DNA of 51,972 bases, filler included, from Stramenopiles sp. TOSAG23-3 (GCA_900128585.1; 4 parts of 4 records of this genome joined end to end with filler, not necessarily neighbours in it); one strand, 5' to 3'. Positions 32,205 through 45,371 are shown, counted from the whole stretch's first letter. Made by a program: numbers and translations. The notes: a model not told the origin generated them from the letters alone.

Positions 32205-33640
32205 TTTAAAACAAAATAATGGCTGTTATTTAGAGGATATACTATCTAAATCTAAAAGTTATACTTTCCATATGACTACCTCTTAAAATTTTCAAATCAT
32301 CCTTCCCTATACGATATAATTTGTTTTTGACCAGTAAATTTTTTCTTCCTTCATGTACTGCGATTTGTATCTGCTCCTGTGTTTTTCTCGGTCGATTGAC
32401 GCATATTGTTTAATCTACAATATTATCCTCTTGTGTACTCCGTGCATGATCAGAATTGAGATATCTGGATTTTCGACGATGTCAAATGACCCATAGTCGA
32501 CTCTTTCATCCCATTTCTCACTCGTAAATGATTCAGAACTTGTGTAATTTATCAAGCAGCGTCGTAAATGTTTCAAAGATGCTCGCTTTGTGTCTTCTAA
32601 ATCGTTCAAGGAAATTAGTGGGTTGAAATGGCGGGGAAGAGTCGTTCAGGTCGGTATTCGGCACCGTCATTTGGGGGGTTTGCTGCATTGATAAAGGTAC
32701 GGTGTGTGGTGCTGTCGTTGTGTTGTTCGACATTAAACCAGATGCTGCGGTGCAGTGGCGTTGCTTGTGTTGGTATCTCGTCCTACTAGGGATGCCCAGA
32801 TCCGCTTCCACCTCCCTTGCCACGTCATCCGAGGGTATAATTACTGGGGTCAGGGGAGGGGCAGACCCTTCTTGTGAGATTCGGGTTCTCGTCCTTCTGT
32901 AGATGCCCAGATCCACTTCCTCCCCCACTGTCGGTTCGTCCGACGATGACACTAGTAGAATCAGGGCGTCCGAGGATTGCGATGAAGCTTGAACTTCACT
33001 GTCGTCCTCTGGGGCGGGCACTTCTGGGGTCGCGTCGTCTGATGAATGCGTTGAGGATTGTACTTCTGTGCCATTAGCCGAAATTGACACTACTACAGTC
33101 GCGACACTACGGGGTTGCCGTTCGTCCAAGCTGTGCGATTCCGCCTCGAGCTCCGACTCTGAGCTTTCCGAGTCCGAGCTTGGTAAATTCCGGATAGGGG
33201 GCGCATTGTCGGCTGCTTCGGTAGCATAATCCATTGGCAGGGATGTTGGGGTTAGAGCCTTAAAGATTCGGATCACTGATGCCATGGATTTTGCCACCAC
33301 ATTGAGTACCTTGCGTTGGAACATTCGCATCCACGAGTCCGCCAACTTCTGGCGTTTTGTTTTTTAATGCACAGGAAATTTGATGTGATACACAGATAGG
33401 TTTAGTCGATGAGAAGGAATTTCGAATTAAATCAAATGCAACTTTTTGTATAGTTTCACAGGACAGGTCAGGTTTTTCGGCTTTGCATGTTAAATCATTA
33501 GCGACTTTTTGGATAGACTTCACAGGATATGCTGGAATTTTCGGCTTCCCCCAATACGGTGGTTTAGTTTCGTTTTTAGGAAAAAGTTTAAGATCTTACA
33601 CCGCTCTTATCTTCACTTATTTATGAAATTAAAACGTACC
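32205..33640 (-). pseudogene. Longest copy of the repeat family, carrying a frameshifted ORF of unknown function
   Basis: Three successive overlapping minus-strand ORFs (33523-33260, 33345-32533, 32609-32415). Fragments of the same peptides recur near 25960, 26334-26700, 33850-34030 and 47650. Confidence 0.6.
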
Positions 33641-33659
33641 AAGCATGTTTTTTTTCTTC

Positions 33660-34945
33660 TGTATAAAACAAAATAATGGCTGTTATTTAAGTAATAAAAA
33701 TTTATCTTCTTCATGTACCGCGAATGAGAATCTGCTCCTTCTGTCTATTAAAGGTTTACTTTCCTTCACATGTACTGCGAACTTATCTCTGATCCTATAA
33801 TTTTACTAATCAATTTACTCTTGTCACTTAGTCTAGACTATCATTCTCGGATGTACTCTATGCATGATCCGAATGGGTATTTGGATTTGCGACGATGTCA
33901 AATGACCCGTACTTAAGTTCCTCATCCGATGTCTCAATTCATAGATAAATCAGACCTTGTGTGATTTTCCAAGCAGCGGCGTAAATATTTTGAAGGTGCT
34001 CATTTTCTGTCTTGTAAATCAGTCAAGGAATTGACATTTGTGAGTTGAGGTGTCTTCTGAATAACAGCATATATTTTGGTTTTAATCATAAGTAGGCGGC
34101 AATTTTAGGGATGGTTCCACAGGATTTTCGGTTTCCCCTAATACAGTGGTTTAGTTTTTATTTTAGGAAAAAAGTTTATACCGTTCTCATTTTCACTCAT
34201 ATTTTAAAAAACAAAAAATTGGCTGTTTTTTCACTCACATTTTACGTTCGTATATTTTTTTAATTAAAAAAACAAAAAATAATGGCTGTTATTTATAAAA
34301 ACAAGAAAATTGGCTGTTATTTTATAGTAATCAAAACATATAAAAAGAAAAAGAAGGTTTCAGTTCAAGAACAATATCTCCTCCTATTGCAGATCCTTCC
34401 CAAGTTCTGGTCAAGATTCCAATTGATTGGTCTTAAAANNNNNNNNNNNNNNNNNNNNNNNNNNNNNNNNNNNNNNNNNNNNNNNNNNNNNNNNNTATAC
34501 ATATACAGATGTAAGTGTACCTTCTGGGAATCCTAAACGGCTAGGCCGGTCAGCGATTTCCAGGACATATTCGTTATTTATTAAGCATTTAAAATTATGT
34601 CCAGTGTAAAGTTTTACTTCCCTCGTGTATACTAAAATCAAAACAAGAAAATTGGCTGTTAATTTAAGCAATTAAAATTAATGTACTGCGAAATGAAATC
34701 TAGATTTAGACATTCTAGGTTTACATTCCTTGTATACTAAAATTAAAAAATCAAGAAAATTGGCTGTTATTTAAATAATTAAAATTTATGTACTGCGAAC
34801 TGAAATCTAGATTTAGACATTCTGGGTTTGCATTCCTTAATGAACTGCGAACTTATCTTTGCTCTTTTGGTCTTACGAATCAATACACCCTTGTCACTTA
34901 GTCTCGACTATCATTCTCAGGTGTACTCCATGCATGATCTGAATC
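33660..34945 (-). repeat. Further tandem copies of the repeat family
   Basis: 33660-34200 keeps both ends of the 32205-33640 copy (TTTTCGG.TTCCCC.AATAC.GTGGTTTAGTTT at ~33538 and ~34125) but lacks the middle. Shorter copies lie at 34205-34438 and 34630-34945. Confidence 0.85.
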
Positions 34946-35533
34946 GGTAAGTGGATTAGCGGAATAAGCCGCGGGGGAGGTGACCCCCATAAATTGTAAG
35001 GCCATCTGCTTGGTTTCCTTCATCTGTATACTAAAATTTAAATGTGTATAATGCATTTTTTTAATTTTTTATATTTTTAGATGAACTGGGTTAGAGGATA
35101 CTATATAATTTGTTTTTTAATATAAAAAGGCTTTAAAACTAACCAACTTGTTATCAGAGTATCAATATACTATATATTTTGTTTTTCAATGTAAGGAGGC
35201 ATAATTCTTTCTAGATACCTGTACTTTTACTCGTAGTCATCATCCTGAGGGACCCAATCTCAGCGTTCCCCGAATCATCCCCCCAACCTGTATAATGTTT
35301 AGGTTGTAAAACAATATCAATGTCACTATCAACATCATCGACTTCCTCCTCTTTAGACGTTCAGTTATAGCAATCGGTTTCATGCCCAAACATTCTTTGT
35401 ATTTGTTTCATACACATTATTTATGAGTAGACTTATCAAAAACAGACCTCGATGTTCCTGATCCATTCGCATTTTTATTTGAAAAAGTCGCAGTGCTCGT
35501 CTTGCCTGGCTTAATTTAGCTGAACGGTGTATT

Positions 35534-38035
35534 TTATAAGCTTTTATAACCCAGTTGCTGTCTGGCAAAGTAAGCTTGTTGTACATCTTGAAAAGAACTG
35601 TTTTGCGATTCGATATCATTTTTCAACGAAATTACTTGTGCTTTATACATTTCTAATTCCATTTTCATGGACTTCATTTGCCTCGTTTTTTCTTTCAAAT
35701 TTTCACGGTACATCTTCAGTTGTTCGGATACTTCTGGCCCTGGTTGTCGCCCCAGAACATTTTTTAATTCAATGTACAACTTTTCTTTTTCCTGAATCAG
35801 CATATCTTTTTTAATTGTTTCTTCCGATTTTTCAATCAGTTGCTTCTGCTGCTTTTGCATTTGCAAAATCAAATTCCATTTTTCTGGGTTGCTGCTTTCT
35901 AGATTCCGCCATCTGTGAACATTTATAGGACGAGATAATTCTTCCGACAAAAATTTGATTTTCATACGCTCTTGCGTAAGTTGCCCCTCCAGCAATAGGA
36001 CACTCTTTTTCATAGTATCCGTACTGGTAACTTCTGTTTTGCACTCCTTTAAATTTGTATTCAGGGAATTAAGTTCATCTTGAAGACCTATTAAAGTACT
36101 CGTAGTTTTGTTGTATTGCTTTTCACCACTCGAAAGAGTAGAGCGTAGCAGCTTGATGGAATCATATAACTTTTTCAGTTCCAAACTCCGTTTTGTTAGT
36201 TGTTTTCCTAATAGATTGGATTCACCAGCAACTGAATTCAGTTCTTTTCGTTGCCGCCCTCTCTCGTTCTCTGCTTCGTTTATGATTTTATTCAGTTTTG
36301 TGATTTCTGAAAACTGATTTGAAATAATTTGCCCAGAACTTGTCATTTGCTTCTTGACTTTGTTAACTTCATTTCGTAATACGTCTTTTTCCCGCTGTAC
36401 TTTATGATGCTCAAAATGTTCTTTAACAAGATTATGGTCTTTAGTCATAATTTCTTCTTTCAATTGCTCGATGCGATTGTTCATTGTCTTAAACTTAGTT
36501 TTCATTTCAGAAATTTCAGCTTGATATTCAATCAAGTTTTTACTGTATATATTTCGATCTGAGCGTACCTGCTCGTACAAATTTTGCTGTTGTTTTAGTC
36601 GCGCATCAGACCCCGAAATTGTTTTATTGAGGTCTAAGATGTTTCCCTCTGCCATTTTTAAATTTTCCAGAGCAGAGTAATACAGTGTATTCGATTTTCC
36701 ACAAGCTATTTTGTAACGCCCCAGGTCGCTGTTGACCTTCAGTATATTTTCTTGCAATTGTCGGGCCTGAACAACGTAACCGCTTATTTCGGATTCCAGA
36801 TTTCTTTGCGAGCCTTCTTGGATAAGAATCAAGGCAGACAGCTTGCTCGCTCTGTCGTCAGCAGATTGCGAATCTTTAGAAATGACATCTCGTTCTCGAA
36901 GCAAATCATCGACCTGTTTCCTATATTTTTCGTTCTGTGACTTGTAAGATAATAAATCTGCTTGTACAGCATCTCTGGCAACAACGATTGTGGACCTTTG
37001 TACATCTGCTTCTTCTTTCTGAATGATATACATAGCACTTCTTTTCTCGGAGATAGCTATCATCTTTCGTATCCCTTTCAACTCTTTGCTGACTATTTCT
37101 TGCTGGAAAGCGCACTCTGTGGTGTTTTTCCTCAGCTTGTCCATTCCCTCTAAAAAAATTTCATTTAGCTTTATTTGATCCTGCAATTTAACAGTAAGTC
37201 TGGAGGTCTTCGTTAAAATAAGCTCATAATCTTTCAAATATTTCTCCAGTTCTGCTTTGGCGAAACTCAGTTTTCCTTCGGTGATATTCATGTCTGCTTT
37301 TTCATCCCTGATTTGAAGCTTTTTATTCTTGAGGATAGATGCAAGTTTTGCACATTGAAGCTTTTTCGTTGATAGTGCTGTATCCAGCGCTGTCTTCACA
37401 TTTTTTTGCGAAGCTGTTTCTTTCTTCAAGTCAATTACTCTAGATCGGAGGGTTTCTGTACTCTTCAAAAGCGTTGTTTTCTTCTCATCCTCGTTTTGTA
37501 AACGGAGGGTTAGCGCACCAACACTTGTTCGTGTCCGTGCTAGTACAGTATATTTCTCATCTAAGCTATTCTGCAAATCAGATTGGGCGGATATGAACCC
37601 GTTCAAGTTATTTTGTTGTTCTTTCGTCCATCCAGAGCCATTTTGCAACCCTGTTTTTAACACATCAATTTGGCCTTTTAAGCAGCTTATTTTTGTTTTT
37701 TTCTGGCTGTCTCTAGAATTTGACTCTGCCACAGCCTTCCACGTCCGATCAATATCAACTTGAAGTCGTTGCTTCCGCTCTTTCGTTGCATCGTCTTCCT
37801 CTTTCATCTCAATCATTTGTGTTCTTAACTTTGCTGTGTCACTTTCAAGTTCGTCTAGGCGTTTTAGGTATCTAATTTCACTGTTATGGACATTCTGGAA
37901 CGAACGGTGAAGCTTAGAAAACTCAGAAAACACGTCAGATAAGTTTTCGCCTCGAGCCTCTAACTCCTTCAAGGTTTTCTCCATTTCATGATCAAGTGAT
38001 AAATATTCATCAGCAGCAGATACTGTTGTTGCCAT
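35534..38035 (-). CDS. CFAP58: Cilia- and flagella-associated protein 58 (CCDC147 family)
   Basis: LKQQQNLYEQVRSDRNIYSKNLIE, ELSRPINVHRWRNLE and LIQEKEKLYIELKNVLGRQPGPE are CFAP58 signature segments. 833-aa coiled coil. Confidence 0.92.
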   Translation of the reverse strand: MATTVSAADEYLSLDHEMEKTLKELEARGENLSDVFSEFSKLHRSFQNVHNSEIRYLKRLDELESDTAKLRTQMIEMKEEDDATKERKQRLQVDIDRTWKAVAESNSRDSQKKTKISCLKGQIDVLKTGLQNGSGWTKEQQNNLNGFISAQSDLQNSLDEKYTVLARTRTSVGALTLRLQNEDEKKTTLLKSTETLRSRVIDLKKETASQKNVKTALDTALSTKKLQCAKLASILKNKKLQIRDEKADMNITEGKLSFAKAELEKYLKDYELILTKTSRLTVKLQDQIKLNEIFLEGMDKLRKNTTECAFQQEIVSKELKGIRKMIAISEKRSAMYIIQKEEADVQRSTIVVARDAVQADLLSYKSQNEKYRKQVDDLLRERDVISKDSQSADDRASKLSALILIQEGSQRNLESEISGYVVQARQLQENILKVNSDLGRYKIACGKSNTLYYSALENLKMAEGNILDLNKTISGSDARLKQQQNLYEQVRSDRNIYSKNLIEYQAEISEMKTKFKTMNNRIEQLKEEIMTKDHNLVKEHFEHHKVQREKDVLRNEVNKVKKQMTSSGQIISNQFSEITKLNKIINEAENERGRQRKELNSVAGESNLLGKQLTKRSLELKKLYDSIKLLRSTLSSGEKQYNKTTSTLIGLQDELNSLNTNLKECKTEVTSTDTMKKSVLLLEGQLTQERMKIKFLSEELSRPINVHRWRNLESSNPEKWNLILQMQKQQKQLIEKSEETIKKDMLIQEKEKLYIELKNVLGRQPGPEVSEQLKMYRENLKEKTRQMKSMKMELEMYKAQVISLKNDIESQNSSFQDVQQAYFARQQLGYKSL

Positions 38036-39073
38036 GGCTCTATCATAAGTTGTTCTCTGAGAAGCGGTTATTGTTGAATTATTACTTCCACGTTGTTATA
38101 TAAATATGACATTATGTTTAAGAATAGCCAGATTCCGACAGGTGCTTACAAATTGCAACGTAAAACCGAGCGAAAATCGTTGGGAGACATCATCATTCAG
38201 CAGCAGCACTGTAGCAGTTTGTATTGGAGCTGTACAAGAAAACAGAAAGAAAAAAATAGCACGATCAGAGAATGGTACTTTCAACAAAATAGTTTATAAG
38301 CAAAAACGGAATTCAAGGTTTTAATGCTACATCTATTCTACCGTAGTCCTCATTCCAATATTGTACGGGAAGCAGAGCAGGTAGTGTTCCCTGTGCAGGA
38401 AGAAACGGCCAAATTTGCGCTTGTTTGCACTGCTGCACTTCTTTCGGGTGCTGTGTCCATACTACAAAGCCTTTTGGAACCGACGAGCGGTTCCCATTTT
38501 GCATGGCCGCTAATTGGCTCCTGCCAACACGAAATGGCTGTGTAATAAATTGTGCTTGTAACTTGTAACACTGAAAAGCTTCTATGAAAAAAAATGTAAA
38601 AAACAATCAACGACGAGTAAAATATTTAATAGAGAAAATAAATAAAACCACCGCTATTCGCAGGTGGACTTCCTAATCAATAGTTTATGTCGTCTAATAG
38701 CTAATAAGTAGAAATAGGAAACAATATCAGATCACCTACTCAGAGACCGCGCACAGCAGTGATGTAGTTTACAAGGACATAACAGCTAGGCTTGAGTATA
38801 TATCACCATCATCAAAGCGAGCAGAATTTTTTCTGAAGAAAATTACTTCAAAATACTACTACAACAATAAAAACCATTATTGAAGTCGTCTATTCGACGC
38901 GCGCGAATGAGCATCTTACAGTCTACAGGAGATACCCAAACTTGCGTGATATTTATGTCCTGGAAGAGAAGTAACTGCGGACTTTCCACCAAGAAATACC
39001 AAGCCAAATGATTTGGCGATAAATTAATTTCAAGTTGAGTGTCTTAGATAAGCTCTTAAATAACAGTTGTAGA

Positions 39074-42000
39074 ATGGAGTGTACAGAATGTTTTATGAAA
39101 TTTGATACGCCAGAACAGCTAAATAATCACAGAAAAAAATTTTGTCAAGAGAGTGATTGGTTTGACCCACTCATGATGAAAGCTACTTTAATGGCGGAAC
39201 AAGATATAGAAAATGGCGACAGGAAGGCTTTATCATTCGATGAAGTCCGGCAGTACCTAAAAGTAAGGACAAAGGGCCTTGGTGATCCAAGTGTAGGAAC
39301 ACTAACGTTAGACGATATGCGAAATGGCTTTCTCAAGAACGAAAAAGATTTAGAAATTCTCCACTCTGACATCTCTAAACAGCGTGCTCTAGAAAAGAGT
39401 GAAGAAGTTCGCCAACTGAAGATCCGGCAGCAAAAGATGAGGGCTTTAAAAACACAAGAAGAAAGAGAGGTTCGTGACTTAATTGTTGAACTGGAGAAAA
39501 GAAAAGAACTAGAACTCAGGCAACGGTTGGAAAAAGAGATGGTCAAACGAGAGCTGCGAAGCTTAGACGCTGTGCAAATGAAGAGCTTAGAGCACGAAAG
39601 AAAAGCCGAAATAGCTAAGCTTGCTCGTGAAAGGGGGGCATTAAAACATAGAGAAGATGATTTATTGGCGGAAGTAAAGAAGTTGGAAGATCGCATGGCA
39701 GACCAAGAACTAAAATTTCGTACCCAACAGTCCGCAGTCGATGAATATTTTGAAAAACAAAATTTAGCAGGTAGAACGTCGACAAAACACGAAGAAATGC
39801 AATTAGCTCAGCATCGGGGTCAACGTGCAGCTCAACTGAAAGAGCAAAGGCAAAACCTTCTTGAAAAACGAAAGCAATTGCGGCAAAAGGCACTGCAAAT
39901 GAACGTTGTTTTGACGCCAATGCCAGATGCTTCAGATGAGAAAGTTCAACACGCGCACAGAGAAGAACTCGAAAACATTGTTGATACAGTTCAAAAAAAT
40001 ATAGGAAAAGAACAAGCTCGCCTAAAGCAAATGAAAATTGATTTTCGGGCAAACGTAAGAAAAGATCAAGCCGATCAGAATGAAATTGAAGCGTCCTTGG
40101 GAAAATTATCCCAGAATCCTGATTCTCAGAAGGCAAGCACAAAGTTTAGCAATTACGCGACTGAAATCATGTCCGACTGGAGTTTACCAGATCAAACCGT
40201 GAGTAATGACATAAATATTGCTGACACCATCAAAGTTCCACTTGAACCTCTGGTCGAAGGTTTGGGTAAGTTTATACGCCAAAATGATGTTCCCAACGAA
40301 TCTGGCGGAACAGATAAATTACTGAACAAAGCAGTGCGCGAAGAGGGGGGGCATATAACGTTTAGCCCTAGAGGTTTAGTGTCGCAACCTTCAACAAGCA
40401 ATCAGAATTCCCGGTCTGAATATAATCACACAAGTACGAAGAGCAAATCTGCAACATTAGCCGATTATCCGAGCAGTCACGGAAAGCCACAAAACCATTT
40501 GTCACCTGACAAACGTGCTGGGGATGACACTCCAATCAAAAGTTTAGGTTCCCTGCACAAACGTGTCGATAACGGTTTCATTTCCTCGGATAATATAGGC
40601 TTTGCGGAGGTAACTGGCCCCGCAAAATATAAAGTCCCTCCCAAAGATAAAATACATTCTAAGTATGGGCAGGAACCGTTATACTCTGGGGGGGGGGGGG
40701 GGGAAAAATGGAGCAATTGCGCTTAAATCAAGAGGCAAATAGAAGGATTCAAGATGAGATGGATTCGTTGATACGATCAAAAGATCAATCAAGGAAAAAC
40801 ATACAGCACCGTGAAATTAAGAATATAATGCACGATGTGTCACTTCAAATAACTGGGCTTGTTAACAACTCACCACAAAAGAAAGCGGCTACCCATTTCA
40901 TAACGCAAGACAACAATCGAATTGGTAACAGACCAAACTATGGGACAAATACGACAGAAGGGATGCTGAAAAGTTTGTCAATGCTCCCGAAAGATAGTGA
41001 GCTATATCACATTCAACTAGAGCATATGTCGGAACTAAGTAGGATCAATTTTGAGATGGAACAATTAACCCAAGAGCAAAAACTCTTCGAACTAAAAAGT
41101 GATCTTGCAAAAAAGAAAAATGAACACAGTAAGGAACTGGAGCATGATGAATTTATGGCAGAAAAACGCCGCCAGTTGCGAGCTGCTCGGATTCAGCGCA
41201 TTTTGGCGAAAGAAATGACTGGTAATGTTAAAGATAATCTACTTTCAACAGATTACGATCCAACTATGGGCTTCACAATATTTTTTGACTTCGCATTGGA
41301 CATTCCAAAAAGACACAAAAAGCTTCAATTGGTGTACTGCTTTGCTGTAGAAAAGGAACAGAAAACGAAGGTTCGGGCATTACCTGTTGCCGATTGTGAA
41401 CCAGACTCTAATGGAAAATCCAACTGCATAATTGGAATGAGCAGGGACATTAAGAAAGTTCCGCCAATAAAAGGATCTCGTTGCGTCATAGAAATACAAT
41501 CTGCTGACGAAGGAACCCGAAATGAGAGTGTTGGTTGGTGCGCTATTGAATTATTTTCAGCCGATGAATCGAATCATATGGCGATGCATCTTAATGCAGG
41601 TTTGCATCGATTACCATTGCAACGTGGTCAAGTGGATTTTCACCTTCTAAGTAAGCAGAAACTCCCGACAACTTCGCATATTTCAATGTACGCGCGCTTA
41701 TGCACTGCAATAGATACCGAAAGTTCAAAAAATATGTCTTTGGACCCTGTGCTAGTATGCCATAAGTATAGCTACCCTTCAAGCATATTGGATGTACCGA
41801 AAGGTGTTGTACGTGGTCGCAGCGATCGTGAAAAGAGACCGGCAAGGCGCTCGAAAGCAAGTGCACGCGTTGAACAAAAAAACGCACTTACATCAAAAAT
41901 AGACAACAAGGCGGACAGTAACAAGCACAGAAAATCGAAGAAAGATGTTCCCTCCAATGCAGATCCCTCCTCTTCCCAGTCAGAACAGAGTGTTGAGAAC

Positions 42001-44448
42001 GTCAAACGACTGGTAGAAGTGAAAACCGAGGGAATAAGGGACTCCGAAATTATCAAAGACGTTGAAACTGTGACTGAACCAAAAAAGATTAAAGCAGTTG
42101 ACGAATGGGAAAAGGGTATAGGGATACACATCCGTGCATTAGAAAATAGTTACCTCGGTGCGGAAGTTGTATCTTTTAAAGTTTTAGCAACAGTTTACAA
42201 TCCCGAGTTTAAGCCGGCGTATGTAGATGACAAAAAGGTCTCAATCCATACTAACCAAAAGGAAATTTCTTATGATGATGACACAAAGCCCGACGGAGTT
42301 TTTAATTTTTCATCTACTCACGTTATTGATTCTTTGGGAGATATAGATGCATTTAACTCTTACGTTGTTTTCGATATATTCGACGAAGAAGACAATCGAA
42401 GGTATTGGACCGCGACTAATATTGTGTATGATGATCAACTTCATAACACAATCGACAAAACTTTAAAAAGGCTGAAAATGTATGGCGGCGATGTGATACT
42501 CCCGCCCGACAAGAAATTTCAGTTGAAGGAAGACAGCGCAGAACTTGTGGTTCAACTTTATGAGCCCTCCTCGCCTCCAAACATTCGATTGAAAGATGCT
42601 GAAATTATGAAAGAGAAAATTGAATCCGTCCAGAAAATTTTGCCAGTCACAGAAGTTCACATGGAAAATGAGTGGTTCCTTGACGTGGACCGTGGCATTA
42701 ATGACAACACCCCTCTTTTCAAGACCGGCGATGCATTTGACATTTATGTAGATGGTTTGCGATTTTTACCTGCCAGTTCGACCATAACAAAAGTAAACGT
42801 AACCTTATTAACAAAACATTTCGAAAAAATCAAAGCTTACGATGGCAAAGATGGAGAGAATCATCGGGAGGCGCTTGTTCATGTTACACAAGAAGTATAC
42901 TCTCCCAAAGTTGACTTACGGATAGAATACAGGCAGAAACAATTTGATCAAACAGCGGCATTGTGTATTCGCGTTGACACTGTCGAAGAACTGTCTGGAA
43001 AATTGATGGTAGTCGGCTATTCGTATTTAAATATTTTTCGGAAGACAGGAATGAAGTCTGCGCCAGAATCGGGAACGGACGTTCAATACCATCTCAATGA
43101 AGGCTGCCACCAAATTCCCATTTACTTGGGTCCCCCAAAAAAATCGTCAACCCCGTGGGATATCAACAATTTGAAAAGATACCCTCGGATACCGTGCGCC
43201 TCTATATTGGTGAGATTAGTAAATGCCCCGAGGCATCCAGACACAAACAAAATATTAAGTGTGTATGATTCCGAGATTTCTTCCGAACAACATGAAGACT
43301 TGGGTCTTTACATACCTGCGCCGATGTATAAGCATATGGTTTACGACTCTGTCCTCTGTCGCCCAACACCAGAAGAGGATGATAACGCCGAAAATATAGC
43401 TTATAAGGAAAGGTATGATGAGCCCGACACATTTATGCCTGAGCGTGCGCACCTTGCAAAACGACCAGATTCTGCGCTTGATAATTGGGATTCTTCAACA
43501 GTTAACGACGCTTTTATAGAAGACTGGATTTCCAAACGTTTTGGTGACTGCAAACACACACAAAAAGTTATAGACCCCCGTGGTATTTTTCATTATACAC
43601 CCACCACAGGCTTCCATGTCCAGGTAAAGGGTGGCTGGAATTATAAGTTTCGTAATTCCAGTCTACTATCAAAGAAAGGCGAACTTACAATAGTCACATT
43701 TAAAGTCTCGAATGCTACCAACTTAAATGCAGCAAGCCTTGAGAATGCACACTTTACCCGGAGTCAAAATTGGGATCAGCCATTCCAGTATCCAATGTAT
43801 ACTTCTGATAAAACACTTATCCGTTGCCCGTATGTAAAGCATTCAGTGTTGATATTTGAATTGTATGGTGTAGAGTTGAAACAAGTAAAAAAAGAAGAAG
43901 TGTTAACACAGTCGAATTTGGGGTTTTGTATATTGCCCATGTATGCAGGTGAGAATAAGATAGGTGGCGAAGTATTTGGGTTTCTAAATTCTGGATATTT
44001 TAAACTCCCTTTGTTTCGATCGTCAAAGGGGACTGTGCCAAAAATGCTTTTGGAGGAAATTTCAAAAGTTGGACCGGAGATTGTATTAGAAAGAGAAACG
44101 AAGCGGAAATCGTTGTACAAATTGAAACTCGTGGAAGGCGGAGCTCATATACACGTGCAAATTTGGGACAGAAAACTACAGGGTGTATTTAATTCCTTAT
44201 TCGGGTCAAAAAAATTTAATTCTGATTATTTACCCCATGACCCCAGGAATTCTTACGAACATAAAGAGTCAACGGTTGCCAAGGAGAAAAAGAATAAAAA
44301 AATTGTCAGGTCGCTTATAAAAGGTGGAAATGTCGAAATGAAAGATGAATTTGAAGAACGCTTAAATTCATCATTTGCCAAAAAAAACGGAATTAAGGGT
44401 TTCAGCTCTTCAAAAACAACAATCGACACTAACAAAAGCAAACAATGA
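39074..44448 (+). CDS. CCDC17-like protein (N-terminal C2HC Zn finger, coiled coil, several C2-like domains), frameshifted at a G16 run (40688-40703)
   Basis: CTECFMKF...LNNHRKKFC at the N-terminus of ORF 39035-40726. YDPTMGFTIFFDF, GWCAIELF...AGLHRLPL and FDIYVDGLRFLP in ORF 40708-44448. The two ORFs overlap right at the homopolymer. First ATG at 39074. Confidence 0.75.
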
Positions 44449-44980
44449 GAGGTGCTGTCATAAATACAGAGTGGTTTCTTTGTTGCCAAATGTAATAATA
44501 AGCCAGAAGTTGATGCTTTTCAACAATTCACACCAATTATTAACACGGAATTGAGTAATTATATATGCGTAAATTATACATTAGGGAAATTCACGTTCCG
44601 TTTCAATTCGACGGAACAACGACCAGAACAAATAGGTGATTGTGAACCACTAACATCTGCGCTAGTAGGCTTTATGGTGTTGGGAAATCCAATGTAAGAA
44701 TATGCAGAGCCAAAGCAAACATTTGGCTTCAACTGCTTTCGTTTGTTATCCATATTCTTAATTTCGTTGTTGTACTAATTATTGTGTCAAATACATTTAT
44801 AATTTCCATATAGCTGTAATTAAAAATCCAGAATCAGCAATGTGTTTGTTTCCTATAAAATGACAATGAAGCATACTACATAAATGTTTGAGTACATACT
44901 AGAATGTCCGAGACTCTCTCTCTACTCGAGGGGGCTACATTTTCGAAATAAAGGACCATATAAAATTGCAATATTTTGTA

Positions 44981-45296
44981 GAGTAGAATACATTAGTCGT
45001 CTAAAGATGATCTTTTGTTTTAAAAATATTATTAATTTCTATTCTTCATTCAACAATTTTTTCTCTTTTTTTTTCTTATCTTACAGGTAAATAAGGAGAA
45101 AAATATTTTTTCCCCAATTTTTTACCTGCTCTGCCCTGTTTTTTCACGATGCCGTCGGCCCGCTGGGCCGATTTACAGGTAATAAGGAAAAAATATATTA
45201 ATATAAGATTAGCATTGAAACGTAAAAATCATCCTTTTTTTCTTTTTTTTTTTAATTTTTTTTAAAACAAAAGATCATCTTTAATGTATTCTACTC
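44981..45296. mobile_element. MITE-like element, ~40-bp TIRs, TA on both flanks
   Basis: TA|GAGTAGAATACATTA[GTCGTCTA]AAGATGATCTTTTGTTTTAAAAA ... TTTTTAAAACAAAAGATCATCTTTAATGTATTCTACTC|TA. Internal direct repeat TTACAGGTAA(A)TAAGGA and hairpin TCGGCCC-GCT-GGGCCGA. Confidence 0.7.
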
Positions 45297-45371
45297 TAGT
45301 ATTCCTTAACATTATTCTTCAAGTACAATGATATCCTATCACAATATGACCTTCGGGATGCCTGGCAGGTG

